Source: Candidatus Multivoradales bacterium
GTDB taxonomy: Bacteria; Acidobacteriota; Thermoanaerobaculia; Multivoradales; J023
Length of the DNA stretch: 64,000 nt
Reading direction: 5' to 3'
NCBI GenBank assembly: GCA_965248925.1
Contig: CBDFLE010000005.1
Location: 2,144,001-2,208,000, forward strand
This document shows positions 55,401 through 64,000 of this stretch, piece by piece. Made by a program: the position numbers and the translations under genes. The stretch's first letter is position 1, and each line of letters opens with the position of its first letter. The notes under the pieces were generated by a model. The model saw only the letters and a list, made by a program, of their open reading frames with translations. It was not told the DNA's origin and made no database searches.

Positions 55401-58400
55401 TCGAGATCGCAGATCAGCTCCGGACCACGCTCCTCGACCTGTAAGGTCCAGTCGAATTTCGCCAGCCCATTGCTCAGCGGCACCGGCTGGGAGCTGAGCA
55501 CAGCGTTAGAGCCGGCTTCTCCATCACCGACCGGGGGCTCGCCCGAGCCCCCCTCGGCAACATAGGTAAACATTGCCTGGAACAAAGGAGTCCGCCCCAG
55601 GGCACGCTCGGGTTGGAGTTCCTGAACCAGCATCTCGAAGGGCAGGTCCTGATGGTCGTGGGCCTCGAGAACCTGGTCGCGGACGCGCCCGAGGAGAGTC
55701 GCAAACGACTCCGAGGAACGCCACCGAGCACGCAGCACCAAGGTGTTGACAAAGAAGCCGATCAGTTCCTCGATCTCGCGCCGATGGCGACCCGCGATCA
55801 GCGAGCCAACGCTGACATCCAGGCGCCCGCCATAGCGGCCGAGAAGGAGTTGAAAGGTGGCCAGGAGAACGATGAAGGGGGTTGAGCGATAGCGCCGCGA
55901 GAGCTGGTGAATAGCACTCGACAGCGCCGCCGGCAGAACCCGGCGACGAGCGGCGGCCAACGACTGGTGCAAGCCCTGCCGGGGCCGGTCCACCGGCAGC
56001 TGCAGCTGCCTCGGCGCCCCGGCGAGGCGCTCTCGCCAATAGGCCAGCTCCGCCTCGAGCCGGCTGCCGGTAAGCCAATCGCGCTGCCAGGCGGCATAGT
56101 CCACGTATTGCACAGGCAGGGCTGGCAACCCCCGCGGCGAGCCATCCACGGCCTGCTGATAGAGCACCTCAAGCTCGCGCCGCAGAAGATCCACTGACCA
56201 ACCGTCGGAGACGATGTGATGCATGTTGACCAGCAGCTGATGACTCTCCGGTTCGAGGCGCAGAAGCAGCGCCCGGAAAACCGGCCCCGACCCCAGGTCG
56301 AAAGGCAGCGCGGCCTCGAACCGAACCCGCCACTGCCCCTCCTGCTGGCGCTGCTCCGCTGCCAACCCACTGAGGTCGACCAGCGGCAAGACCGCGGCAG
56401 GATCTTCGGCAAGGCGTAGCTCGGGCTCACCGTCGATCTCCGGGAAGCGACTGCGCAGAACGTCATGGCGGCGCTGAACCTCGCGGTAGGCGAATGTCAG
56501 CCCGGCGACCGAGACCGGCCCCTCGAGCCGCACCGCAAAAGGCATGTTGTACGCCGCACTGCCGGGCTGGAGACGGTCCAGGAACCACAGTCGGCGTTGC
56601 GCGAAGGACAGCTCGGGAGTGCCGCCCAACCGCTCGATCGGGGCCAGGGAGGCAGCGTCCGCGGTTTGCGCGGCGAGCACCTCAGCGCTCAACCCGGCCA
56701 AGACCGGCTGCTCGAAAACCGCCCGGATCGGCAGCTCGACAGCAAAGCTCTGGCGGATCCGGACCACCAGCTGAGTGGCCAGCAGAGAGTGACCGCCGAG
56801 GGCGAAGAAATCGGCATCGCGACCGATCTCGTCGATGCCGAGCAGGCCTGACCAGAACTCCGCCATACGCATTTCTGGCAAGCTCCGGGGAGCACTGTAG
56901 CGCCCCACCTGCTGCTCCGGCTCGGGCAGCGCGGCACGGTCGAGCTTGCCGTTGGGCAGCAACGGCAGAGCTTCGAGTTGCATGAAAACCGCCGGCACCA
57001 TATAGCCTGGCAAGTGTTCCGTCGCGAATTGTCGCAGCCGGTCCCCGTCAACCGCTCCTTCTGTGGTCACCCAGGCAACTAGCTGGGCGCCGGTGGCGCC
57101 CTCACCGCGAACCGCCACCACCGCTTCGCGCACCTGCGGACTCTGCACTAGGCAGGCCTCGATATCACCCAACTCGATCCGATAGCCCCGCAGCTTGACC
57201 TGGCGATCGTCGCGACCGAGGAAGTCCAACCGGCCATCGGTGCGGCGGCGGGCCAAGTCGCCGGCGCGGTAAAGCCGCGCCCCTGGATGCTCAGAAAACG
57301 GGTCGGGCACAAAACACTCGGCGCTTAGGGCCGGCGCGCCAAAGTAGCCGCGAGTCACCCCATCTCCACCGATGTACAACTCGCCTTCGAGGCCGATGGC
57401 CTGGACTTCTAGGGTGCGATCGAGCACCCGCAAAGAAGTGTTGTCGATCGCCCGGCCGATCGACAGACTGCCCGCTACTTCAGCAATTCTCTCAATGCTC
57501 GACCAGACGGTGGTCTCGGTCGGTCCGTAGAGATTCCACAAACTACCCACCCGGGGCAATAGGCGTCGAGCCAAATCGGCAGACAGGGCCTCGCCTCCAC
57601 ACAGCGCCGACAGCCTCGGCGAGCCCTCCCAACCTGACTCCAGGAGCAACCGCCAAGTGGCCGGGGTGGCTTGCATGGTGGTCACGCCCCGACCCCGCAA
57701 TAACTCCTGCAAGCGAGCACCATCGGCTGCGTCGGCGCTCTCGACCAGCTCTACTTGGGCGCCGACCATCAAGGGCAGAAACAGCTCCAGCACGGCGATG
57801 TCGAACGACAGCGTGGTTACCGCCAGCAACGTGTCGCCGGCCGTCAAGCCTGGCCGACGGCGCATCGAAGTCAAGAAATTGAGCAGTGCACCATGGGAAA
57901 CTTGCACCCCTTTCGGCCGGCCAGTAGAACCGGAGGTGTAGATCACATAGGCCAAGCTCTGCGCCGCCTTGGGCGGCAGCATCACCGCGTCACTCGCCGC
58001 CCTGGGAATCGAGTCGTCGAGCAGCCAGTGGCGAATCTCGACCGCCGGAAGGCGCTCCACGCAAGCCCGTTCGGTGACTATCAAACTCGGCCGAGCGTTG
58101 GCGACCACCTGCGCCAGGCGGTGGGTCGGGAACCCAGGATCGAGGGGCACATAGGCCGCCCCGGTGTCGAGAATCGCCCACAGGGCCACCAACATGTCGA
58201 CCGAGCGCTCGACGCACAGGCCCACTCGCTGCTCGGGCCGGACACCCAACTCCAGCAGCTCGCCGGCCAGTCCCAAAGAGCGGGCCCGCAGCTCGCCATA
58301 GGTCAGCATCCGGCCGGCACAGCGTACCGCCACCGCCTCCGGGGTGCGCTCGGCTTGCGCGGCCAGCAGTTCCGGCAGCGAGGGAGCGTGCCTGCGATCG

Positions 58401-61400
58401 ACCGCCCGAGCAACCCACTCCACCACCAACTGGTGCCGCTCGGCGCGGGCCAGCAGGGGCAGTTCATCCAGCGAGCGCCGAGGATCGTCGAGAGCCCCCC
58501 CGAGGAAACGCTGGTAATAAGCCAGCCAACGCCGCGGGGTCACCGCATCGTACAGATCGGTGTTGTATTCCCAGCCATAGCTGACCTCGTTCGGCTGCTC
58601 GCTGAGGCCAAAGGTCAGATCGAATTTAGCGGTCGTCGAGCTGCTGCTGCTGGTTTGCACCGTTTGTTGGCCGGCGTCGCCACCTCCCTCGGTGGCGCCC
58701 GCTGTCGACTCGGCGGAGTAGAGCATCATCACCTGGAACAGCGGTGAATGCGCCAGGCTGCGCTCGGGTTGCAACTCCTCGACCAGCTTCTCGAACGGCA
58801 GGTCCTGGTGATCCTGAGCCCCCAGAACGCTTTCCCGCACCTGCCCGACCAGTGACTCGAAGCTCAGCCCAGGAGCCAACCTGGCCCGCACCACCAGGGT
58901 GTTGACGAACAGGCCGATCAACGGCTCGAGTTCTTCGCGGCGCCGCCCGGCAACCGGTAGACCAACACTCAGATCGCGCTGGCCACTCAAGCGGTAGAGC
59001 AACGCCAGCAACGAGGCCAAGCCCACCATCAGTCGGCTGGCGCCGTGCTGGCGGGCACAGCGAGCCAGCTCATCCGCAGCGCGGCGATCCATCACCTTGG
59101 CGATACCGGCACCACGAAAAGTCTGCACCGCCGGGCGCGGCCGATCGGTCGGCAACTCGATCTGCGCTGGTGCTCCGTCCAGGGCCCGGCGCCAATAGTC
59201 CAACTGCCGATCGAGAATCTCACCGTCCAACCAGCGCCGCTGCCAGATGGCGAAATCGCCGTAACTCACCGGCAGCTCGGCCAACGGCGATGGGCGACCG
59301 GCGGAAAAAGCTTGGTAGAGGTCGCCCAGCTCGCTCTCCAGAATGCCGATCGACCAGCCGTCGGCGACGATGTGGTGCAGGGTGACTAACAGTCGATGAC
59401 GATCTTCAGCCAAGCGGAGCAGGGTCCAGCGCGTCACCGGCCCGCGCTCCAGCTCGAACGGCCGGCGAGCCTCCGCCGCCGCCCATCGAGCAGCGGCTAG
59501 GGATCTGTCGCTGCCCGACAAGGCACTCAAATCGAGCTGCCCCAAGACCGCTTTAGGAAGCGCTTCGACAACCACCCGCGGCCGGCCCTCCGAGCTACCT
59601 GGGAAACGGCTGCGCAAGACTTCGTGACGGAGCAGTATCGCGGTGATCGCCCGCCCCAGGGCAGCCGGGTTGGCCGGCCCGTCGAGCAGTACCGAAAAGG
59701 GCATGTTGTAGGCCGCGCTGGCGGGCTCGAAACGGTGCAAGAACCACAGCCGCTCTTGAGCGAAGGAGGGCGGGATCTCCTCTCCCGCGGCAGCCGGCAG
59801 CAGCTCCGGCACGGCAGGTACCACGGGCCGCCCCACGGCGCCCGCCGCACCATCACACTGGGCGCGACGGATCGCCTCGGCCAGGCCGGCGACCGTCGGA
59901 TATTCGAATAGCAGCGCCAGAGGAAGCTCCTCGTTAAGCTCACGACGAATGCGGTTGAGCAGCCGCACTGCCACCAACGAATGGCCGCCGAGCTCAAAGA
60001 AATCCTGCAACACGCCGATCGGCCGCTGGTCGAGAACCTCCTCGAAAAGTGCCACCAAACGACCCTCGAGGGCGTCTCGGGGAGCGACGGAGTCCTCTCC
60101 GCCGATCATCTGCGGCTCTGGCAAGGCGCCGCGATCGAGCTTGCCGACCGCGGTCAGGGGCAGCGCATCGAGCCGGGTCAGGGCGGCCGGCACCATGTAG
60201 CTGGGCAGGCTTTCGAGCAAGCTTCGCCGCAGTCCCTCGACCGAGATCGACTCGCTCGCGACCGCGCTCGCCACCACGTAAGCCAAAACCTGCTTGCCCA
60301 AGGTGTCATGGTGGCGGACAACGACCACCGCCTCGGCGATTCCGGGCAGCGCGAGCAAGCGCGCTTCGATCTCCTCCAGCTCGATGCGGAAGCCACGAAC
60401 CTTGACTTGACGATCACTGCGACCGACGAACTCGAGATCACCGCTGGGCAAACGACGAACCAGGTCACCACTGCGGTACAAACGCTGGCCGGGGACATCG
60501 GCATGGGGATCGGGCACGAAACGAGCCGCGGTCAGCCCAGGCCGCTTCCAATAGCCTCGGGCCAGACCCACGCCGCCGATCAGCAGTTCACCCGCCACCC
60601 CCAAAGCAACCGGCTCCCGCGGATCGAGCACCCGCAGAGAGGTGGAGCTGATCGGCCGACCTATAGGCACCGTGCTCGTCGCTTGCTCGGCGACCCGGAG
60701 CACCGGATACCAGGAGGCGAAGGTGGTGCATTCAGTAGGACCGTAGACATGCAACAGGCGGAGCCGCTCAGCGCTCGCTCGCACCCTCCTCACCGCCCGC
60801 GGGTCGCAAGCCTCGCCGCCGAACAACAAGGTAGACAAGCCGGCGAAGGCCCGTGGTAGCTCACGGGCTACCAAATTGAAAACTGCCGTGGTCAAGAACA
60901 GATGTTCGACTCGGCGCCGCTCCAGAACCCCACCCAGCTGCTCGGCGGAGGCCAAGCTCCGCGGCTCGATTCCGACCACTTCACCGCCATTCAACAACGC
61001 TCCCCAAATCTCGAATGTCGCAGCATCGAAGGACGCCGTCGAAGCCTGGGCGAGGCGTTCGGCCGGCCCAACCTGGAGGTAATTGGAGTCCCGGACCAGA
61101 CGCAGAATCGCGGCGTGAGATATCGCCACCCCTTTCGGCCGTCCGGTCGAGCCGGAAGTGAAGATGATGTAGGCCAGATTCGCCGGCTCGACCTGGGCGG
61201 CCAGGGTTGCGCCTTGCTGTGCCTCGAGCCAGGGCCAATCGCGGTCCAGACAGATGACTTCGAGGTCGTCGCTCGGTAACCGCTGCAACAGCCGCTGCTC
61301 GGTGACCAACGCTGCCACCCCGGTGTCTTGCAGCATGAAACGCAGGCGCTCCTCGGGATAGGTCGGGTCGAGGGGTACGTAGAGGCCGCCGGCCTTGAGA

Positions 61401-64000
61401 ATCCCCACCATGCCGACCAGCAGCTCCAGCGAGCGCTCGACGCTGAGGCCAACCCGGTCTTCCACCCCGATGCCGCGCCGCAGCAGCCCGGCAGCGAGCA
61501 GCGAAGACCGCCGGTCCAATTCACCATAGGTCAGGAACTCGCCACCGTAGCTGGCCGCTACCGCAGCTGGCCGCAGATTGACCTGACGCAGGAACAGGGC
61601 TCCGACCGACTCCCAACCAGACCCCGTGCTCGACCCTTCGTCGACCTCTAGGAGCAGTTGGTGTCGCTCGCCGCGGGTGAGCCAGGGGAGGCCGGCCAGG
61701 GGCCGTGCCGGGCTACTGACCGCCGCCTCAAGCAGGGTTTCGAAATGGCCCAGGAACCGCGCCACGGTCGCCGCATCAAAGAGGTCCTTGGCGTATTGCA
61801 GGGTACAACTCAGCGAGTCCTCACTGGCTTCTACCTGGAAAGTCCAATCGAACTTGGCCAAACCGCTGTCCAGGGTCGCCATCCGCCCGCGCCGGGTGAG
61901 GTCCAGCCCAGACCCGCCGGCCGGTCCGCCCGCGAGCTCGTAGGAGTCGCGGGCACGATAGGTGAACATTGTTTGGAATAGGGGCGTCCGCCCCAGCACG
62001 CGCTCCGGCCGCAGTTCCTGCACCAAGCGGTCGAAGGGCAGATCCTGATGTTGGTGAGCTTCCAGCACCGCTTCGCGGACTCGCTGGAACAGTTGCTCGA
62101 AGCTCTCCGCCACCGACCATCGGCTGCGCAACACCAGGGTGTTGACGAAGAAACCGATCAGCGGCTGTAGCTCCTGCCGCTGGCGGCCGGCGATCGGCGT
62201 GCCAACCGAGATATCGAGCTGGCCACTATGCCTGCCGAGCAGCAGCTGGAAAACCGCTAGAGTGAGGATGAAAGGTGTCGACTGGCCGCCGCGAGCAAAC
62301 TCCAAGGCCGCGGCCGCCAAATCTGCGGGCAACCGGCGACGGACCACCGCCGCTGCCGCACGCCGCAGGCCCCGCCGGGGTCGGTCGGTGGGCAAGCCGA
62401 GCAGGTCGGGGGCTTCAGCGAGGCGCTGGCGCCAGAAATCGACCTCGGACTCCAGCAGCGGCCCGGACAACCAGTCTTGCTGCCAGGCAGCATAGTCAGC
62501 GTATTGGATTGGCAGCTCGGCCAGAGCTGCTAATCGACCGTCCACGGCGCTGCTGTAGAGTTCCTCCAGCTCCCGCTGCAGCAGCTCCATCGACCAGCCG
62601 TCGGAGACGATGTGATGCATGCTCACCAGCAATCGGTGAACAGACTGCGACAAGCTCAGCACTGTCCAGCGCAGCACCGGCCCAGCCGTCAGGTCGAAGG
62701 GTTGGCGCGCCTCCTGGGCCGCCCAACGAGCCGCCTCTCGCCGGCCATCTGTGGAGGCCAGGCCAGCAAGATCGACCAGCGGCACCGGATAGGCTTCTGG
62801 CAACGGCACGATCTCTACGGTCGGCCGGTCGGCGACTTCTGGATAGCGACTGCGCAGCACCTGGTGGCGGCTCAGCACCTGGTGGAAAGCCCTACCCAGG
62901 ATCGGCCGATCTAGATTGCCGTCCAGATCCACCGCGAAAGACATGTTGTAGATCGGGCTACCCGGATCCAAGCGATCCAGCAGCCACATGCGCCGCTGAG
63001 CGAACGACAGGGTGGGTCCATGCTGGTCGTCAACAGCCGGCACCAAAGGCGGTAGGCTGGCGGCTGAAGGCCCCTCGATAGCGGTGATCGTGGCCGCCAG
63101 TCCGGCCGCTGTCGGCTGCTCGAAGAGCGCGGCTAGCGGCAGCTCGGTCCCGAGCTCGAAATTGATCCGGTTGATCAGTCGCACCGCCACCAACGAGTGC
63201 CCACCAAGGTCGAAGAAGCTTTGCTGGACGCCGATCGGGCGAACTGCAAACAGCTCTTCGAAAAGCTCCACCAGGCGCCTCTCCAAGGCGTTGCGCGGCG
63301 CCACTAGGTCCACCCCGACCTCGTCTTCGACACTCGGCAGCGCGGCCCGATCGAGCTTGCCATTCGGAGTCAGCGGCAACTCGTCGAGCTGGGTCAAAGC
63401 AGCGGGGATCATGTAGCCCGGTAGCCGCTCTTCCAACCAGCTCTGCAGCTCGCCAAGAGCCAGGGACGATGGGTCGAGAGCCTGATCCAAGGCGGCTATC
63501 ACGTAGGCGTAGATCCGTTGGCCGAGAACCTCGTGGTCGCGCACGATGGCGACCGCCTGCGAGACCTCGTCGAGCTCTTCCAGCAGCGCCTCGATCTCCC
63601 CCAGTTCGATGCGAAAGCCACGAATCTTGACCTGATGATCGAGCCGGCCGAGGTATTCAAGCTCGCCTCCCGAACCTCGCCGAACCAGATCACCAGTGCG
63701 ATAGAGGCGTTCTCCAGCCTGGCCAGCGAACGGATCGGGGACGAAGCGCGCAGCGGTGGCCGCCGGGTGGCACCAATACCCCCGGGCCAGCCCGTCGCCG
63801 CCGATCGACAGCTGGCCAGCAACGCCGAGCACCACCGGTCGCCCTACCGCATCGAGGACATGCAGAGAGGTGTTGGCGATGGGCCGCCCGATCGGCACTG
63901 TCACAGCGCTAGCGGTCGGCGCCTGCAACAGCTTGAAGCAAGCGGCGAAGGTCGTGCATTCGGTGGGTCCGTAGCCGTTCACCAAGCGCACCTCCGGCAA
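49433..64000 (-). CDS. Terminal NRPS (5' end outside window): (A)-T-C-A-T-C-A-T-C-A-T-C-A-T-TE
   Basis: Four C domains with HHIV[SA]DGWS, four full A domains (YTSGSTG/FTSGSTG, YGPTE, GKLDR) plus one partial, five GGHSL carrier domains, TE with GWSMGG. Confidence 0.98.
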   Translation of the reverse strand: MPEVRLVNGYGPTECTTFAACFKLLQAPTASAVTVPIGRPIANTSLHVLDAVGRPVVLGVAGQLSIGGDGLARGYWCHPAATAARFVPDPFAGQAGERLYRTGDLVRRGSGGELEYLGRLDHQVKIRGFRIELGEIEALLEELDEVSQAVAIVRDHEVLGQRIYAYVIAALDQALDPSSLALGELQSWLEERLPGYMIPAALTQLDELPLTPNGKLDRAALPSVEDEVGVDLVAPRNALERRLVELFEELFAVRPIGVQQSFFDLGGHSLVAVRLINRINFELGTELPLAALFEQPTAAGLAATITAIEGPSAASLPPLVPAVDDQHGPTLSFAQRRMWLLDRLDPGSPIYNMSFAVDLDGNLDRPILGRAFHQVLSRHQVLRSRYPEVADRPTVEIVPLPEAYPVPLVDLAGLASTDGRREAARWAAQEARQPFDLTAGPVLRWTVLSLSQSVHRLLVSMHHIVSDGWSMELLQRELEELYSSAVDGRLAALAELPIQYADYAAWQQDWLSGPLLESEVDFWRQRLAEAPDLLGLPTDRPRRGLRRAAAAVVRRRLPADLAAAALEFARGGQSTPFILTLAVFQLLLGRHSGQLDISVGTPIAGRQRQELQPLIGFFVNTLVLRSRWSVAESFEQLFQRVREAVLEAHQHQDLPFDRLVQELRPERVLGRTPLFQTMFTYRARDSYELAGGPAGGSGLDLTRRGRMATLDSGLAKFDWTFQVEASEDSLSCTLQYAKDLFDAATVARFLGHFETLLEAAVSSPARPLAGLPWLTRGERHQLLLEVDEGSSTGSGWESVGALFLRQVNLRPAAVAASYGGEFLTYGELDRRSSLLAAGLLRRGIGVEDRVGLSVERSLELLVGMVGILKAGGLYVPLDPTYPEERLRFMLQDTGVAALVTEQRLLQRLPSDDLEVICLDRDWPWLEAQQGATLAAQVEPANLAYIIFTSGSTGRPKGVAISHAAILRLVRDSNYLQVGPAERLAQASTASFDAATFEIWGALLNGGEVVGIEPRSLASAEQLGGVLERRRVEHLFLTTAVFNLVARELPRAFAGLSTLLFGGEACDPRAVRRVRASAERLRLLHVYGPTECTTFASWYPVLRVAEQATSTVPIGRPISSTSLRVLDPREPVALGVAGELLIGGVGLARGYWKRPGLTAARFVPDPHADVPGQRLYRSGDLVRRLPSGDLEFVGRSDRQVKVRGFRIELEEIEARLLALPGIAEAVVVVRHHDTLGKQVLAYVVASAVASESISVEGLRRSLLESLPSYMVPAALTRLDALPLTAVGKLDRGALPEPQMIGGEDSVAPRDALEGRLVALFEEVLDQRPIGVLQDFFELGGHSLVAVRLLNRIRRELNEELPLALLFEYPTVAGLAEAIRRAQCDGAAGAVGRPVVPAVPELLPAAAGEEIPPSFAQERLWFLHRFEPASAAYNMPFSVLLDGPANPAALGRAITAILLRHEVLRSRFPGSSEGRPRVVVEALPKAVLGQLDLSALSGSDRSLAAARWAAAEARRPFELERGPVTRWTLLRLAEDRHRLLVTLHHIVADGWSIGILESELGDLYQAFSAGRPSPLAELPVSYGDFAIWQRRWLDGEILDRQLDYWRRALDGAPAQIELPTDRPRPAVQTFRGAGIAKVMDRRAADELARCARQHGASRLMVGLASLLALLYRLSGQRDLSVGLPVAGRRREELEPLIGLFVNTLVVRARLAPGLSFESLVGQVRESVLGAQDHQDLPFEKLVEELQPERSLAHSPLFQVMMLYSAESTAGATEGGGDAGQQTVQTSSSSSTTAKFDLTFGLSEQPNEVSYGWEYNTDLYDAVTPRRWLAYYQRFLGGALDDPRRSLDELPLLARAERHQLVVEWVARAVDRRHAPSLPELLAAQAERTPEAVAVRCAGRMLTYGELRARSLGLAGELLELGVRPEQRVGLCVERSVDMLVALWAILDTGAAYVPLDPGFPTHRLAQVVANARPSLIVTERACVERLPAVEIRHWLLDDSIPRAASDAVMLPPKAAQSLAYVIYTSGSTGRPKGVQVSHGALLNFLTSMRRRPGLTAGDTLLAVTTLSFDIAVLELFLPLMVGAQVELVESADAADGARLQELLRGRGVTTMQATPATWRLLLESGWEGSPRLSALCGGEALSADLARRLLPRVGSLWNLYGPTETTVWSSIERIAEVAGSLSIGRAIDNTSLRVLDRTLEVQAIGLEGELYIGGDGVTRGYFGAPALSAECFVPDPFSEHPGARLYRAGDLARRRTDGRLDFLGRDDRQVKLRGYRIELGDIEACLVQSPQVREAVVAVRGEGATGAQLVAWVTTEGAVDGDRLRQFATEHLPGYMVPAVFMQLEALPLLPNGKLDRAALPEPEQQVGRYSAPRSLPEMRMAEFWSGLLGIDEIGRDADFFALGGHSLLATQLVVRIRQSFAVELPIRAVFEQPVLAGLSAEVLAAQTADAASLAPIERLGGTPELSFAQRRLWFLDRLQPGSAAYNMPFAVRLEGPVSVAGLTFAYREVQRRHDVLRSRFPEIDGEPELRLAEDPAAVLPLVDLSGLAAEQRQQEGQWRVRFEAALPFDLGSGPVFRALLLRLEPESHQLLVNMHHIVSDGWSVDLLRRELEVLYQQAVDGSPRGLPALPVQYVDYAAWQRDWLTGSRLEAELAYWRERLAGAPRQLQLPVDRPRQGLHQSLAAARRRVLPAALSSAIHQLSRRYRSTPFIVLLATFQLLLGRYGGRLDVSVGSLIAGRHRREIEELIGFFVNTLVLRARWRSSESFATLLGRVRDQVLEAHDHQDLPFEMLVQELQPERALGRTPLFQAMFTYVAEGGSGEPPVGDGEAGSNAVLSSQPVPLSNGLAKFDWTLQVEERGPELICDLEYDRGLFDPTTAARFLSHFERLAECIAEQPDNATGSLPLLAAAERHQLAQEWNGSAVVRVEDEIPLQQRVAAWAERTPAAVAVVDQQGQLSYAELHRRAIALATRLQTAGVDLEQVVGLYVERSREMVVGALAVLYAGGAYLPIDPSTPDQRVAFILADSPVRIVLASPDLAERLPASVLTWPLADAGAGGGDGDRLPIAGREPENLAYVIYTSGSTGVPKGVGVTLRSLANLVGWCGEDLGFAPGEHIAQAAGVAFDVAAGEIWGSLCHGACLHIVPEALRLSPADLQRWLLAERITVADLPTAIMEVLLDDPWPDSGSLRMLLAGGDRLRLPGPIPGGWQLFNLYGPTEATINASWAKVRFEPGRLPPIGRPLANYHLSVLDRQLERQPVGVPGELCIEGLGLARGYLHRPALTAASFVPVPQGGQAGERMYRTGDLVRYRAEGELDFLGRIDHQVKIRGFRIELGEIEALLEAAEQVSQAVAVVRDHEVLGRRIYAYVVAAADQSADPSRLAIAELRDRLAARLPDFMVPAALTQLEELPLTPNGKLDRAALPEPEQQVGRYSAPRSLPEMRMAEFWSGLLGIDEIGRDADFFALGGHSLLATQLVVRIRQSFAVELPIRAVFEQPVLAGLSAEVLAAQTADAASLAPIERLGGTPELSFAQRRLWFLDRLQPGSAAYNMPFAVRLEGPVSVAGLTFAYREVQRRHDVLRSRFPEIDGEPELRLAEDPAAVLPLVDLSGLAAEQRQQEGQWRVRFEAALPFDLGSGPVFRALLLRLEPESHQLLVNMHHIVSDGWSVDLLRRELEVLYQQAVDGSPRGLPALPVQYVDYAAWQRDWLTGSRLEAELAYWRERLAGAPRQLQLPVDRPRQGLHQSLAAARRRVLPAALSSAIHQLSRRYRSTPFIVLLATFQLLLGRYGGRLDVSVGSLIAGRHRREIEELIGFFVNTLVLRARWRSSESFATLLGRVRDQVLEAHDHQDLPFEMLVQELQPERALGRTPLFQAMFTYVAEGGSGEPPVGDGEAGSNAVLSSQPVPLSNGLAKFDWTLQVEERGPELICDLEYDRGLFDPTTAARFLSHFERLAECIAEQPDNATGSLPLLAAAERHQLAQEWNGSAVVRVEDEIPLQQRVAAWAERTPAAVAVVDQQGQLSYAELHRRAIALATRLQTAGVDLEQVVGLYVERSREMVVGALAVLYAGGAYLPIDPSTPDQRVAFILADSPVRIVLASPDLAERLPASVLTWPLADAGAGGGDGDRLPIAGREPENLAYVIYTSGSTGVPKGVGVTLRSLANLVGWCGEDLGFAPGEHIAQAAGVAFDVAAGEIWGSLCHGACLHIVPEALRLSPADLQRWLLAERITVADLPTAIMEVLLDDPWPDSGSLRMLLAGGDRLRLPGPIPGGWQLFNLYGPTEATINASWAKVRFEPGRLPPIGRPLANYHLSVLDRQLERQPVGVPGELCIEGLGLARGYLHRPALTAASFVPVPQGGQAGERMYRTGDLVRYRAEGELDFLGRIDHQVKIRGFRIELGEIEALLEAAEQVSQAVAVVRDHEVLGRRIYAYVVAAADQSADPSRLAIAELRDRLAARLPDFMVPAALTQLEELPLTPNGKLDRAALPEPELVSSATYGAPRSALERCLVGLFEELLQIPTVGVEQSFFELGGHSLLAVRLLAMIDRELGVEVPLAALFEHPTVALLATLVTAPEQPVSGSPLVRLHRDGTGPPIFWVHPIGGTVFCYLDLAAALPGQPSYGLRVVEGVVAAQPSSVSAMAASYLASLETVQPGGPYRLAGWSMGGVVAFEMARQLQQQGRQVEFLALLDSFVETSADSRPLVDDATLLRLFVSDLLGLAGESLDVDGLDLPTGSITEVKVAELIVRLVASGQIPAEIGPRLGGRLFSIFRRNIKALESYRPGPYSGTVNLFRASDRPGRMADPAANWRSLAARLTVRDVAGTHHSMLRPPQLADLALKLRQLLSFDPLTSSTSEDWK
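50536..56956. repeat. Near-identical tandem duplication, 3189-bp period (T-C-A unit x2)
   Basis: Sequence and all shadow ORFs recur at +3189 (e.g. 50707/53896). One difference noticed: 50654 C vs 53843 T, synonymous Arg. Confidence 0.97.

Noticed and set aside
50400-56990. Repeated small ORFs recurring every 3189 bp
   Set aside because: They are by-products of the NRPS module duplication, not separate genes or a mobile element.
1-64000. CRISPR array, tRNA, rRNA
   Set aside because: No regularly spaced short repeats with unique spacers, and no cloverleaf or rRNA-like sequence seen in the intergenic regions read.

Overview
A GC-rich bacterial window, most likely Acidobacteriota; this is inferred from two ADOP-type orphan permeases and the style of the regulators. 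Left part (1-41.9 kb): the end of an HprK-related kinase, two OmpR-family two-component systems with 11-bp-period binding boxes, two VapBC-type toxin-antitoxin modules (one toxin has a nonsense codon), an MMPL/LolA-like/outer-membrane cassette, a nine-gene surface-glycosylation operon, an AlkD-like protein, a damaged serine protease with a somatomedin-B-like domain, a 932-aa integrin-beta-like vWA protein, an IS66 gutted by an IS1380 element, a dihaem cytochrome c, AraC/YHS genes and a membrane M28 peptidase. Many intergenic gaps hold decayed gene remnants that the ORF track misses (TetR, AAA/DUF4143 ATPases, a split MerR/TipAS). Right part (42-64 kb): the 3' end of an NRPS cluster with a SyrD/PvdE exporter, two SyrP-like TauD dioxygenases, an ADOP permease, a secreted accessory protein and a >14.5-kb NRPS, (A)-T-C-A-T-C-A-T-C-A-T-C-A-T-TE. 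Its last two modules are a near-perfect 3189-bp tandem T-C-A duplication with an unusual specificity code (DVGDLGLINK). No rRNA, tRNA or CRISPR array was seen. All family assignments come from motif recognition by eye, not database searches.
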